Program-made: the position numbers and the translations under genes
IMG/VR virus record: IMGVR_UViG_3300021387_001585
Location: 45,176 to 109,175 of that record
DNA from: a virus
Lineage: Duplodnaviria > Caudoviricetes
Strand: one strand, 5' to 3'
Length of the DNA: 64,000 nucleotides
In this document: positions 28,333-38,783 of the stretch, piece by piece
Layout of the letters: each line of letters opens with the position of its first letter
Position numbering within the stretch: the stretch's first letter is position 1
The notes under the pieces: model-generated
Database searches by the model: none
Told to the model about the DNA's origin: nothing
The model's input: only the letters and a program-made list of their open reading frames with translations

Positions 28333-28603
28333 AATATTGATGTTTTAGAATAATGATGTTTGCTCGCTTGCATAGAGATCGTTGTAGCCAAATCCCTGCA
28401 TTAAAGCCGTCCCTTACGAAGGGACTCTAAATGTAGCGGTGCAAAGATACGAATTATTATTGAATTAATGCAATATTGCAATATAAAATTTGTTAATTAT
28501 TGCAATATTGCAGTACAACAGTATTGTAATATTGTTATTGGCATTTCCGCCGTTAGTTTAGTTTGCACTAAACTTTGTTCCAATGCTTTCCTCTCGGCTC
28601 GTC

Positions 28604-28639
28604 TGCCCTTGACTTGAAAGTATTCTATGGGTATCTTGT
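28604..28639 (+). promoter_or_regulatory. TGCCCTTG-N20-TANNTT promoter, copy 1
   Basis: tgcccttg-N20-tatcttgt; the same motif and spacing occur at five other operon starts. Confidence 0.65.
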
Positions 28640-28662
28640 CGAAAAAACAACAGACCGAAATC

Positions 28663-29718
28663 ATGGTAAGGAAAATTCAAGTTAATGAGTATCTGAAGCG
28701 GTACGACAACATGTCGGCTACTGAGCGCCAGGCGTTCGCCAGTAGGGTGGGGGAGTGGCTGCAGTCGGCAGGTCGTGCTCTCACAAACCGGGCTGAGGAT
28801 TTCGATGCCCGTCTGCATAGTGTCCTATCTGTAAGCGTGGGATGGAACGATGCTGAATGCGAGGCATTCGAAGAAGGTGCGCGACTGCTGAGTGCTTTGT
28901 CCGGCAGCGCTGACACGTGGTTGCCTGACCTGCTGTACAAAAAGGCGGTGAGACGTAGCATTCGCCAGATGGTGAAAGTGTTATCGTCGGTGGTTGGCAC
29001 GGCAAGTGAACAACGAAAAGTGAAAAGTGAAGAGTCTGCCGCAACAGACCGGCAACCTACAGAGAAGGCAGCTTCTCAGGGTGAAAAGAGAAATGCGAAA
29101 AGTGAAGAGCCTGCCGAGGTGAAGTCCGCCTCCGTCCCTGTAACGACCGGCGTACCCATCCGGCCGAAGCACATCGACCAGTACGTGCATCTGTTGCCGA
29201 AGAAGACGCAGGAGCATGCTGCCGAGGTGCGCGACCTGCTTCGCCAACTCGACGACGCTCGTGAGAAGGCACGCCTTCTGATGGAGAGCCCGCAGGCCAG
29301 CCCTGACAGCCGGGCGCAATGGGCGAAGCGTGCCGTGCAACTTGACAACAAAGTGCGTGACATCTACCGTGAGCTGGATGCCGAGTGGGAGAAACTGGTG
29401 AAGCAGGGTAGGGTAGTGGTCGACATTTTCGGCAATGCAGGCCTCACCCCCGACCCCTCTCCAAAAGGCGAGGGGAGTGTGGCCCAAGAGGAGAAGCCAG
29501 AACTGACCTCTGAGCAGAAGGCACACCGCCGGGAGTTGCGCAAGTGGCTCATCGACACCAGGCGCGGTGCGGAGGGAAAGGCCCGCGAGAAGCGTATCGA
29601 GCAGTGGAAGGCTAACTGGAAAGAATACATGACGCTGGAGCCTCTGGAGGCCGCGCTGAAGGACGAGAAGGTGGTGGCAGCCGCCAAGCACTTTGGGATT
29701 GAGATAGTTGAGAGTTGA
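28663..29718 (+). CDS. hypothetical coiled-coil protein
   Basis: Start moved to MVRKIQV because the track start lies inside the promoter. Confidence 0.75.
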   Translation: MVRKIQVNEYLKRYDNMSATERQAFASRVGEWLQSAGRALTNRAEDFDARLHSVLSVSVGWNDAECEAFEEGARLLSALSGSADTWLPDLLYKKAVRRSIRQMVKVLSSVVGTASEQRKVKSEESAATDRQPTEKAASQGEKRNAKSEEPAEVKSASVPVTTGVPIRPKHIDQYVHLLPKKTQEHAAEVRDLLRQLDDAREKARLLMESPQASPDSRAQWAKRAVQLDNKVRDIYRELDAEWEKLVKQGRVVVDIFGNAGLTPDPSPKGEGSVAQEEKPELTSEQKAHRRELRKWLIDTRRGAEGKAREKRIEQWKANWKEYMTLEPLEAALKDEKVVAAAKHFGIEIVES

Positions 29719-29737
29719 TAGTTTAAAGTTTAGAGAT

Positions 29738-30229
29738 ATGACATTTCACTCGATAGTCAGGCAGTGGTGCCGGACATACAAGCCGATGAGAGACAGCGAG
29801 AAGAATCGGCGTTTTTACCTCACCGACTCTATGGCAGGTGTGGTAGAGATGGCGAAAGGCATCAGTAACAGGTTTTCACCCTTCGTGCTGATGGAGAGCA
29901 GTGTGGAAGGTTACATGCGGGGAGGGCTGATGTTCAGAAACTACCCGGTGTATTTCTTTGTCCGTGCTCGTGAGATGGCAGACGGCGATGCCGCCGCAGA
30001 GGCGAAGGAAGAGGCGTGGATGCACTGCCAGAACTTCCTCACGTGGCTTCGTGTGCGTCACGACAGCGACACGACAAAGGCTCGGGATTTTGAGCGCATT
30101 GATCTGGAAGACAATATCGACGTGCAGACGATTGGCCCGATTGAGAACGGATGGTTTGCCGTACTGGTTCAGTTGGAGCGGTGCGAGCAGACGAATCTCT
30201 GCGAGGACGAGGAGTTGTATTGCAAATAA
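29738..30229 (+). CDS. hypothetical protein, possibly tail-completion type
   Basis: Start MTFHSIV; lies in the rightward operon. Confidence 0.65.
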   Translation: MTFHSIVRQWCRTYKPMRDSEKNRRFYLTDSMAGVVEMAKGISNRFSPFVLMESSVEGYMRGGLMFRNYPVYFFVRAREMADGDAAAEAKEEAWMHCQNFLTWLRVRHDSDTTKARDFERIDLEDNIDVQTIGPIENGWFAVLVQLERCEQTNLCEDEELYCK

Positions 30230-30240
30230 ATAAAAATGAT

Positions 30241-30456
30241 ATGGAGAAGAATTGTTTAAACTGCATGCGGGTGTTGCCTATCTACGACGGAATGGAGAGG
30301 ATAGGGCAGGAATGTATGCGGAACCCCGGCATGCGGGTGAATGGTCGGATGTCCTGCGAGGAATGGCGCGGCGAGGCGCCTGCGGCGCAAGTTCAAAGTT
30401 CAAAGTTCAAAGTTCAAGGTTCAGAATATGAAAGAGGACGAGAAAACGCCGAGTAA
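30241..30456 (+). CDS. small Cys-rich hypothetical protein
   Basis: MEKNCLNC...C...C; 3' end runs through heptamer repeats. Confidence 0.4.
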   Translation: MEKNCLNCMRVLPIYDGMERIGQECMRNPGMRVNGRMSCEEWRGEAPAAQVQSSKFKVQGSEYERGRENAE

Positions 30457-30775
30457 GGTGACGGACATCGAAGCGTTGAAGAATAATGTGGAGATGGCGG
30501 TGGCAGGATTTGCAGAGCGGTGGGCCTCCATGCCGAAGTTCTCCGAGTTCTGCGAGGTGATGGACCAGCGACAGTTGCGCGACGCGATGGGTCTGCGGGC
30601 CACCATCGACGCCGGAGACCCGTGGCCACAAGCCGAACAACTGTTACTGAAGATGGGTTTCCGTTGGCACTGGCTGGGAAACATACGGGTGATGTATTTG
30701 ATGGAGCGCGACGACTTTGTGCCGGACACCGGATGGGAAGACGGGAAGAGTTTAGAGTTGAGAGTTGAAAGTTGA
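30428..30775 (+). CDS. hypothetical protein
   Basis: Start MKEDEK. Confidence 0.6.
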   Translation: MKEDEKTPSKVTDIEALKNNVEMAVAGFAERWASMPKFSEFCEVMDQRQLRDAMGLRATIDAGDPWPQAEQLLLKMGFRWHWLGNIRVMYLMERDDFVPDTGWEDGKSLELRVES

Positions 30776-30832
30776 GAGTTTTGGTTTTGGCTGCGATGAT
30801 ATCGCAGCAGACGGGACAAGAAACGAACGACG

Positions 30833-31588
30833 ATGATACGGCTTAACACCATATACAACGAAGACTGCCTCACGGGAATGCGGCGCCTGCCTGACAGGTG
30901 CATAGATCTCGTGGTGATGGACCCGCCGTATGTCATTGGCAACAAGGGTGGTGGTTTCTGGTCGAAGGCTGCGGATGGCAACCATTATAACGCTCGTGGC
31001 ACACGCAAGGGTATGGAACGCCTGGAACCGTTGAAGGATGGCTTCGATACTGTTGTTCTTGACGAGTTGTGTCGCGTGATGAAGAAGGTGAACATCTACA
31101 TCTTCTGCAGTCAGAAACAGATACCCGTCTACCTCGACTACTTCGTCAACCGGCTGGGTTGCCACTGGAACCTACTCTGCTGGCACAAGACGAACCCTAT
31201 ACCCGCGTGCGGCAACAAGTACCTCAATGACACAGAGTACATCCTGTTCTTCCGTGAGCGTGGCGTAAAGCTCTACGGCTCTTACAACACGAAACGCACC
31301 TTCTACACCTCGCTACGCAATCAGCAAGACAACCAGCGCTACGGTCATCCGACCGTGAAGCCGCTGCCACTGGTAAGAAACTTCATCGTGAACAGCAGTT
31401 GTGCGGGTGGGGTAGTCCTCGACCCATTTATGGGTACAGGCACGACGGCCGTGGCGGCAATCGAGGAAGGCTGCTATTACATCGGCTATGAAATCAATGC
31501 CGACTACTGCCTCACGGCAGAGGAGAGAATAAAGGCTGCGATGACATCGCAGCAGACGGAACAAGAAAAGAACGATAGACAAAGATAG
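30833..31588 (+). CDS. orphan site-specific DNA methyltransferase (N4-C/N6-A, beta class)
   Basis: DPPY catalytic motif precedes HPTVKP and VLDPFMGTGTT. Confidence 0.92.
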   Translation: MIRLNTIYNEDCLTGMRRLPDRCIDLVVMDPPYVIGNKGGGFWSKAADGNHYNARGTRKGMERLEPLKDGFDTVVLDELCRVMKKVNIYIFCSQKQIPVYLDYFVNRLGCHWNLLCWHKTNPIPACGNKYLNDTEYILFFRERGVKLYGSYNTKRTFYTSLRNQQDNQRYGHPTVKPLPLVRNFIVNSSCAGGVVLDPFMGTGTTAVAAIEEGCYYIGYEINADYCLTAEERIKAAMTSQQTEQEKNDRQR

Positions 31589-31591
31589 ATT

Positions 31592-32146
31592 ATGGCAAAG
31601 ATGGAACCATTAGGGAAGTTCATCCTCTCTTGGGAGGGTGGCTTCGTGAACGACCCGCTGGACCGTGGCGGCGCCACAAACAAAGGAGTGACGTTGGCCA
31701 CATGGCGAAGGCAGGGCTACGACAAGAACCACGACGGAAAGATTGACGTGAAGGACCTTAGACTGATCAGCGACCAGGACGCCCTGCAAATCATGAAGAA
31801 AAATTACTGGGACCGCTGGAAGGGCGACCAGATAGCATCGCAGGCTATTGCCAACATCCTTGTAGACTGGGTGTGGGGTAGCGGCGTGTGGGGCATCAAG
31901 ATTCCGCAGGATATGCTTGGCGTGAGAGCTGACGGCATCGTAGGCATCCGGACGCTGCAGGCACTTGGCCGTCAGGACCCGAAGAAGTTCTTCGACCGCT
32001 TGAAGCAGCGCCGTGTGCAGTATCTCTACGACATCTGCAAGAGTCGCCCCACCAACCTGCGATACCTGAAAGGATGGCTGCGACGGCTGAATGCCATTAA
32101 CTACAACAGCCTGACGTGCAACGGCGGGAAGGTGGTGACGTGGTAG
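31592..32146 (+). CDS. endolysin, glycoside hydrolase family 108 with PG-binding C-terminus
   Basis: EGGFVNDPLDRGGATNKGVT...YW...DGIVG...GWLRR. Confidence 0.9.
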   Translation: MAKMEPLGKFILSWEGGFVNDPLDRGGATNKGVTLATWRRQGYDKNHDGKIDVKDLRLISDQDALQIMKKNYWDRWKGDQIASQAIANILVDWVWGSGVWGIKIPQDMLGVRADGIVGIRTLQALGRQDPKKFFDRLKQRRVQYLYDICKSRPTNLRYLKGWLRRLNAINYNSLTCNGGKVVTW

Positions 32147-32216
32147 CGGCGCGGTTTGAAGTTTCAGGTTTCAAGTTTCAAGTTTCAGGTGAAAGGTGAA
32201 AGATGAAAGGTGAATT

Positions 32217-32876
32217 ATGAGTAGAGAGAGTGTTATACCGCAAGAGCTGATGACAGGTTCGTTGATGCACTTCGAGAAGGGAGTGCCCATCGACGACTGC
32301 AACCTTCGCACGGAGCATCGGCGAAGGCTGGCACGCGTGGATCACGTCTACTGGCTGTGGAAGCGCAACCCGTTCCTCGACGCTTTCGAATTGTTCAAGC
32401 AGCTGGTAAGGGGACAATATGCCGACCGTCAGAGCGAATGGCGGGCAGCCCAGAAAGACAAGTGGCTGTTCGACTTCGTCGTGGAGCACATTGCGCCGCC
32501 CAGTCGCCGTGAAGACGAGGCGAAAGTGCGTGCCGCTGCCGAGCAGACCATCCGCATCGGCATGGAGACCGACAACGTGACGGCGCTGACCAAGGGTGGA
32601 AAGTTGCTGTACGACGTGGCAGGGCTGGCCCAACCAGAGAGCGAGCGGGCCGACCTGAGCAAGGCCATGTTCATACCGCCCGTGGTGACGACCGTGGCCA
32701 GCGAGATAGACCCGACCAAGGAAGATCAGACCGACGAGCAGGCACGGCTTATCATGGATAAGTATAATGCCTACGTGGACGACAAGCGCAAGAGCGTTGA
32801 CGAGAAGGTGGAGGTGATGATGGCGAAGCGGAAGGCAGACCCACCCCCAGCCCCTCCCGTGGAGGGAGGGGAGTGA
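32217..32876 (+). CDS. putative terminase small subunit
   Basis: Helical 219-aa ORF immediately upstream of the large terminase (position only). Confidence 0.45.
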   Translation: MSRESVIPQELMTGSLMHFEKGVPIDDCNLRTEHRRRLARVDHVYWLWKRNPFLDAFELFKQLVRGQYADRQSEWRAAQKDKWLFDFVVEHIAPPSRREDEAKVRAAAEQTIRIGMETDNVTALTKGGKLLYDVAGLAQPESERADLSKAMFIPPVVTTVASEIDPTKEDQTDEQARLIMDKYNAYVDDKRKSVDEKVEVMMAKRKADPPPAPPVEGGE

Positions 32877-32929
32877 TGAGTGACGGGTTGCGATGATATC
32901 GCAACATACAGAACAAGAGAAAGAACACC

Positions 32930-34846
32930 ATGAGCAGGATAGGCAGTAACCCTAACACCAGCAGCGACCAGTTCGAGGCGAAGATGTTGCCCGACATCGA
33001 GGATGTCAGGCCGGAAGACGGCGGCACCGTAGACCTGATTGGTGACGGTCAGCACAAGATATACATGCACCGTGGGCAGCTCGACGTGTATAACTTCGGT
33101 TCGAAGCACACGAAGCTGCGCTGCGCACGCGGTTTCGGCAAGACCATCTACCTTGCCATCTACAACATGAAGTGCGTGCTCGGCATGCGCCGCATGATAG
33201 GGCTATTCCTTGGAGCCAGTGCCAAGCAGCTCTACACCCGCACCATGCCCAACATGCTGAAGGGCTTTAACATGATGGGCTTCCAGGAGGGCGTGTTCTA
33301 CTTCCTCGGTCAGGCCCCCGCCCGTCTGCGGTGGGAATACCCGTTGGCGAAGCCGAGGGTGTGGGAGTCGTGCGTCCACATGCAGAACGGTGCTGTGCTG
33401 CAAGCCGCGTCGATGGCCGTGAAAGGTTCTTGTAATGGCATCAACGCCGCATGGCTCTGTGGTGACGAGACAAAATACCTGCCTTGGAGCAGGGTGAAGG
33501 AGGAAGCCTATCCTACGCTGCGTGGTGACTTCATGCCGCCTTCTGCCCGTAAGGTGGAGCAGAAGCGGTGGGGCTACGGCACCGACCCGAAAATCAACAA
33601 CTACTATTGCTCCACCTGTTTTGTCAGCGACGCCGGACTGAACACCCAGCAATGCCAGTGGGAGAAGGAAGAGCAATACGAGACGCACGAGGTGAACGAG
33701 CAGATTGCCGAGATGCTGGCCGAACTGAAATACTTGGAAAAGACCAACCCGCGACTCGCCGTACAACTGGCGCAGAACGAGAATTTCCTGCGCAGGCTGC
33801 ATTTGCTGCGCTCGCAGAGTGAAACTTTCTGGAACTTCTCTTCGCTGGAGAATGCTGCTATCCTTGGTGGCGAAGCGTGGATTCGCCAGATGAAGCGCGA
33901 GTTGCCCGACCTGATGTTCCGCATTCAGATCCTTGGGCAGAAGCGCGGTGCCGCCAAAGACGGATTCTACTGCAACTTCTCAGAACTGAACACCTATGTC
34001 AGTGCAGAGATTACCGATTTGGTCTACGACAAATACACCACCCGTCTGAAAGGCCGTGCGCTCGATGTTCAGAAATGGCCCACCGACTTTGAGACGGAAA
34101 CGCTGGAATGGGACCAGTTGCAGCACGACGGAGAAGATTGCAGCCTGGACCTCGACCTCGACTACAGCGAGCCCCTTCGCATCGCCATCGACGCGAATGC
34201 CAACATCAACTGCATGGTGGTGGGCCAAACGCGCATGTATCAGGGCAAGCCGTCGTTGTTCATCATGAAAGAGTTCTTTGTGCAGAACGAAATTCGTCTG
34301 CGCGGACTGTCAAAGCTGTTTGCAAAGTACTACCGTCCCTTCCTGCGGCGTGGATGCAAAGAGGTTATCTTCTACGTGGCCAGCAGCATCAAGCAGGGTG
34401 GGGCAACCGCCTACGCCGTGGAGAACTCCGAAGACTCGCGTTTCGACAAGGTGGTGGAGCGTGAGCTGACACAGTATGGGTTTCATGTGACCATCGGCGA
34501 ATTTACCTCCTGGCGGCATGAACGCAAGTATCAGCTCGTGAATGACTGCTTTTCGTCGCAGGCATCACCTAATATCTTCGTCAACCGCGAGGCTGGCCGT
34601 TGCGACTACCTGCTGACCGCCATCGAGAACACCGCCATTGTGCCCGGAACATTCCGAAAGGATAAGAGTACTGAGAAGCTGAAGAGCACCGACCCCGACA
34701 GCCTGGGGGGCGACGCCCGTACCCGTACCGACATCACCGACGCTATGGACGACCTGATCATCGGCACCAAGGAATGTGCCGAGACTCGGCAGAACATCGG
34801 CGGCGGTCTGCGAGGACGGTTCAAGAGCTTGGTCATGCCAAGATAA
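32930..34846 (+). CDS. terminase large subunit
   Basis: ARGFGKT Walker A, LCGDE Walker B, RNase-H-like IAIDAN and DITDAMD. Confidence 0.8.
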   Translation: MSRIGSNPNTSSDQFEAKMLPDIEDVRPEDGGTVDLIGDGQHKIYMHRGQLDVYNFGSKHTKLRCARGFGKTIYLAIYNMKCVLGMRRMIGLFLGASAKQLYTRTMPNMLKGFNMMGFQEGVFYFLGQAPARLRWEYPLAKPRVWESCVHMQNGAVLQAASMAVKGSCNGINAAWLCGDETKYLPWSRVKEEAYPTLRGDFMPPSARKVEQKRWGYGTDPKINNYYCSTCFVSDAGLNTQQCQWEKEEQYETHEVNEQIAEMLAELKYLEKTNPRLAVQLAQNENFLRRLHLLRSQSETFWNFSSLENAAILGGEAWIRQMKRELPDLMFRIQILGQKRGAAKDGFYCNFSELNTYVSAEITDLVYDKYTTRLKGRALDVQKWPTDFETETLEWDQLQHDGEDCSLDLDLDYSEPLRIAIDANANINCMVVGQTRMYQGKPSLFIMKEFFVQNEIRLRGLSKLFAKYYRPFLRRGCKEVIFYVASSIKQGGATAYAVENSEDSRFDKVVERELTQYGFHVTIGEFTSWRHERKYQLVNDCFSSQASPNIFVNREAGRCDYLLTAIENTAIVPGTFRKDKSTEKLKSTDPDSLGGDARTRTDITDAMDDLIIGTKECAETRQNIGGGLRGRFKSLVMPR

Positions 34847-34864
34847 CTATTTAACGAAAGCTAT

Positions 34865-35194
34865 ATGGAAATATTCGACTTACCACAGAAAGAGTATCTG
34901 CAGAAGGATGACATTGAAATCCTTGACAAGCAGAAGCAGGAGTTTAAGTTCATCGGTCGTGAGCGCAAGGTGCCAGGCCACACGATGTTCTCTTTGAACT
35001 ACAAGACCGGCGAAATCAAGGTTGCCGACATTGAGCATGTGAAAGACATCCACTTTACAACACGGCAGCGAGTCACGAACGGCCGCATCGTCATTGAGCC
35101 GAACTGCATCTACCGGCAAGCCCTGAACAAGAAGAACTTCATCAAGCGACTGGTGCGCGAAGGGATCCTGGTGAAGAGAACGAAAAAGCAATAG
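34865..35194 (+). CDS. hypothetical protein
   Basis: 109-aa ORF in operon. Confidence 0.65.
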   Translation: MEIFDLPQKEYLQKDDIEILDKQKQEFKFIGRERKVPGHTMFSLNYKTGEIKVADIEHVKDIHFTTRQRVTNGRIVIEPNCIYRQALNKKNFIKRLVREGILVKRTKKQ

Positions 35195-35198
35195 GACG

Positions 35199-35642
35199 AT
35201 GACAGACAAAGAACGCAAAGCAAGGATTGCCAGAGGAGCCAGCAACTACATGGCTGGCAGGGCAATGTTGCTGTCATTGAAGCCGCTCAGGTTAAGCGAT
35301 GTAAAGGACGCCTATCTGTGCGGTGCCGAAAACATGGAGCAACTGATTGACCAGTCGATGTGGTGGAAGATTGCCGACAGTGACGACCTGCCTGAGATAG
35401 ACCGGGAGGTGATTGCGCTGACCGCCGACAGAAAGGTTGTGTTTGCACACCGGCCCAAAGAGTCATGGACGGGAAAGAACATTCTCACAGGGCAAGTGGA
35501 AACATTCTATCCCAAGCGGTACGGCAAAGGCGGGTGGAATATGCCCGACGTGCTTTTCTGGCTTGACATCAATATTCCCGACGTCGACGAGTATCTGAGA
35601 ATGACTGACAAAGGAGGTGAGATATGCGACAGGGAAGCGTGA
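35199..35642 (+). CDS. hypothetical protein
   Basis: 147-aa ORF in operon. Confidence 0.65.
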   Translation: MTDKERKARIARGASNYMAGRAMLLSLKPLRLSDVKDAYLCGAENMEQLIDQSMWWKIADSDDLPEIDREVIALTADRKVVFAHRPKESWTGKNILTGQVETFYPKRYGKGGWNMPDVLFWLDINIPDVDEYLRMTDKGGEICDREA

Positions 35643-35800
35643 AGAAAGAGGAAGTTTGTACTCCGCGAAAAGAGGAAGAATGTATATTGAAGCAGTTCTG
35701 CAGCGACAAACGAATGGGTGTTGGTTGAGCCTTAATGCTTTTCATTGCGACACGGTCGCAACAGACAGGACAACGAAAGCGAGGGCAGGCGATTATTCCC

Positions 35801-35836
35801 TGCCCTTGATTTTAAAGGTGTGGGTGCCTATCTTTC
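35801..35836 (+). promoter_or_regulatory. TGCCCTTG-N20-TANNTT promoter, copy 2
   Basis: tgcccttg-N20-tatctttc upstream of the portal gene. Confidence 0.65.
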
Positions 35837-35865
35837 AATCGTAAAACCAACACAAGAATAGACTT

Positions 35866-37647
35866 ATGGGAAAGAGTAATAGCATATCCGTGCATCGCCC
35901 AAAGACACTGGAGGAGTTCAAGAAGCTCAACCGCGAACTGAACAGTCGTGGGTTTATCGCCATCGACGCGCTGAAGCCCGGGCTGGTGCGCACGCTGACG
36001 TTAGGCGACCGCGACCCTTCCAACGGACAGGCAGAAGACATGGCGGCGTGTATCGGCGGCGGGGCGTGGTCGAACGGACCGCTGAGCAAGGTGGCATGGG
36101 CGTTCGACGCTCGCGACAACTCAGTGGTGAGTGTCGCGGACAAAGACGGCAACCCGCTTGGTCTGGGCTACGTGAAATGGGGCGCAGGCAACGCCATCCC
36201 GTCCGTCATCCCGCCGCTGGCCCTGTCGTCGCCTTATACGGCTGCGCCGTTGCGCTACATTGCCGACCTCACCACCGGCCTCGGTCCGCGCCTGATGTAC
36301 CGCATGGGCAGTGATGATGACAATCTGGTGGAGTTTAAGGATGCCGGAGACATCCTGCTTGCCAGGATTGAAGAACTGGAGGCAAAGGAGCAGACGGGGA
36401 GCGACGATGTTGTTGCGATACTATCGCAACAGACGGGACAGGTCACGGGCGGTGCCAACGTGAGCAAGGCTTTACGCCGGGCTCGTGAGCAGTATGCCGA
36501 ATGGGAGCGCACATGGCTGGGGTATGACGTGGAAGAGGAAGACGGCACCAAGACCCATATTCCCGGCGCGAAGGAGTTTCTGGCCGACAACAACCTGGAC
36601 CTGCATTTCATGCAGTGCGAGCAGGACGATGTGATGCTCGACATCTACTTCCCGACGGTCGGCTTCCAGCGCGGCCGCAGAGGCAAATGGGACCCGAAGA
36701 TCGTGCAGGTCAGCATGCTTCCCAGTCATAGTACCAGACTCGAAGTGATGAATGAATACCGGCACATCAATCATGTCTATTTCTCTGACCAATGGCGCAC
36801 GCTCGGTTCTACCAACGTCAAGACCGTCGGCGTCGACAAAGACAAGGTTGTGATGTACCCGGCTGCCATGCCCCAGCATCTGCTCAGCGACCTGCGCTAT
36901 ATCGTGGAGAGCAACCAGCGCACACGCATCAAAGACCGTCCTGTTTGGGTGGTATGCCCTACATTCTATCCCAGTGGCCAGAAGCCCTACTATCCGCAGC
37001 CGGCGTGGTGGAGCATCTTCACGAGCAAGGCTTTCGACTTCTCGTCGACCATCCTCTACGACAAGGCGAAGGCACGTGAGAACTCTACATCATGGGGAAA
37101 AATCATCTACATCTCGCTGGACTACCTCGACATGATTTTTGCCGACCAAGGCATTGCCGGTGACAAGGAGAAGCAAGAGACGTTCATCGGGGAGTTGGAC
37201 CAGAACGTAGAGCAGTTCCTGCAGATGCGCGAGAACAACGGAAAGATGATGCGACAGTTCATGTGGATAGGGCAAGACGGCAAGGAGCATCACAACGTAG
37301 AGGTGGTAGATGTGGCTAAGACCTCCAACGACGTGGCGAAGGCTGGCAAGGAAGAACTGGAGCTTTCCACGTCGCCCATCTTCCTCGCCCTGCAGGTAGA
37401 CCCGCGTCTGGTGGGTGTGCCGATGGTGGCCGCCTCGAACGGAGGTACGGCCTTGCGCGAGATGCACCTTCTGAAGCAGCAGCAGCTGAACCCGAAGCAA
37501 CGCCTGTACCTGCAGTTCCTGAACACCGTGGCCCGGTTCAACGGATGGGATGAGCGTGCCGAGTTCCACATCAAGCAGCAGACGCTCACCACCCTCGACA
37601 ACAACAAGACGGGAACGGTGGAGACGATTGCGGGAGAGGGGGCGTGA
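35866..37647 (+). CDS. probable portal protein
   Basis: 593 aa near the terminase; YVKWG..N..P, YYPQPAW and IFLALQVDPRLVG resemble Bacteroidales phage portals. Confidence 0.6.
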   Translation: MGKSNSISVHRPKTLEEFKKLNRELNSRGFIAIDALKPGLVRTLTLGDRDPSNGQAEDMAACIGGGAWSNGPLSKVAWAFDARDNSVVSVADKDGNPLGLGYVKWGAGNAIPSVIPPLALSSPYTAAPLRYIADLTTGLGPRLMYRMGSDDDNLVEFKDAGDILLARIEELEAKEQTGSDDVVAILSQQTGQVTGGANVSKALRRAREQYAEWERTWLGYDVEEEDGTKTHIPGAKEFLADNNLDLHFMQCEQDDVMLDIYFPTVGFQRGRRGKWDPKIVQVSMLPSHSTRLEVMNEYRHINHVYFSDQWRTLGSTNVKTVGVDKDKVVMYPAAMPQHLLSDLRYIVESNQRTRIKDRPVWVVCPTFYPSGQKPYYPQPAWWSIFTSKAFDFSSTILYDKAKARENSTSWGKIIYISLDYLDMIFADQGIAGDKEKQETFIGELDQNVEQFLQMRENNGKMMRQFMWIGQDGKEHHNVEVVDVAKTSNDVAKAGKEELELSTSPIFLALQVDPRLVGVPMVAASNGGTALREMHLLKQQQLNPKQRLYLQFLNTVARFNGWDERAEFHIKQQTLTTLDNNKTGTVETIAGEGA

Positions 37648-37737
37648 AGCCCCTCCCCAACCCTCCCCAAAGAGGGAGGGTGTAAGGAAAAACGAAAATC
37701 GGCGGTAAGGGTTGTTATCCTTGCCGCCGATTTGCGT

Positions 37738-37956
37738 TTAATGATCCTGTTTATTAACAGTTCTCGTCCATACCTCAGTGGCACATTCCTTACATTCAAA
37801 TGTGAAGATATTTCCATCGAGGTCGCTGCAGCCAGAATTAAATTCGTGAAGGCGCATCATTTCCCCACATACAGGACATTTGATGTCCGGACGAAGAGGA
37901 TGCTCCCCTCTCATCGTCACTTGGTCTGGCAATACAATAGATGTCTTAATTTCCAT
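37738..37956 (-). CDS. zinc-ribbon protein
   Basis: CPVC...CKEC. Confidence 0.55.
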   Translation of the reverse strand: MEIKTSIVLPDQVTMRGEHPLRPDIKCPVCGEMMRLHEFNSGCSDLDGNIFTFECKECATEVWTRTVNKQDH

Positions 37957-37961
37957 AATTT

Positions 37962-38345
37962 CTATTCTTCACGTTTCATCATTTCTGGATTGTCGTGGAT
38001 GTTGCCGACTACCTCTGCCCATTCCTGCGTAGGAGCGTTGCAGGGAAATTCGTTGTCGAGGTCGCCATTCCACAAGAAGGCAAATACGCCACGCACGAAG
38101 CGCACTTCGAGCAAGTCCTTTTCCTCGCCCGCTTTCAGGATGTCGCCAGCGTAGATTTCCTTTCCGTTCTTGTCTTTAAGAGTAGAGAACTGGCCGACGG
38201 TATCAGGGGTTACTTCATATTTTCTGTAGAGTCCATCGGCATCAATGGGAAATACATAGCAGCCACCACGGTTATCGTGCACCAAGTCTCCGTATTCCCA
38301 TTTTTTGTTATCAAGGCGCTTGCCTCTGAATTTGATAGTTACCAT
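37962..38345 (-). CDS. YopX family protein
   Basis: IKFRGKRLDNKKWEYGDL...VGQF..LKDKNGKEIYAGDIL...EVVGNIHDNPE. Confidence 0.9.
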   Translation of the reverse strand: MVTIKFRGKRLDNKKWEYGDLVHDNRGGCYVFPIDADGLYRKYEVTPDTVGQFSTLKDKNGKEIYAGDILKAGEEKDLLEVRFVRGVFAFLWNGDLDNEFPCNAPTQEWAEVVGNIHDNPEMMKREE

Positions 38346-38349
38346 AGTC

Positions 38350-38667
38350 TTATTCCTTTCCTTTTAGCGCCTCCTGAAAGGCGGCTTGTATTGCCTTGCA
38401 TTTGGCATCGTTTGACAATTCTTTCAGTTTCTCGGATTCTATGTCGGGCAGTGAAGCCACGACGATGGAGTTGAGCGCCCAAAGTGCTACACGCTCATAG
38501 TCCAGGAGTTCTTGGTATCGCGTCTTTGTGATGGTGACGCAATCGCCGGGAGTGGGGTAGTTGTCTTGTGCCATAGGTCTATGATAATTTATTTTCATAA
38601 AACCGTCCTGTATTGATGTCAATGCCCGGTGCAAACCATCCGCAATAAAGACATGAGGTTGAGCCAT
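38350..38667 (-). CDS. hypothetical protein
   Basis: ORF in the minus-strand block; start uncertain. Confidence 0.5.
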   Translation of the reverse strand: MAQPHVFIADGLHRALTSIQDGFMKINYHRPMAQDNYPTPGDCVTITKTRYQELLDYERVALWALNSIVVASLPDIESEKLKELSNDAKCKAIQAAFQEALKGKE

Positions 38668-38783
38668 TTTCTAAGTATTGCCCGCAATTAGGGCAGCGAC
38701 GTTCTGATCTACTCATAAATTTAGTTCATAATTATTCAAAGATTTGGGGCACTTATTGCCCGGTCTTCTCTTACAACACTTCC

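Noticed and set aside
30833-31588. Restriction-modification system
   Set aside because: No adjacent endonuclease; an orphan phage methyltransferase is more likely.
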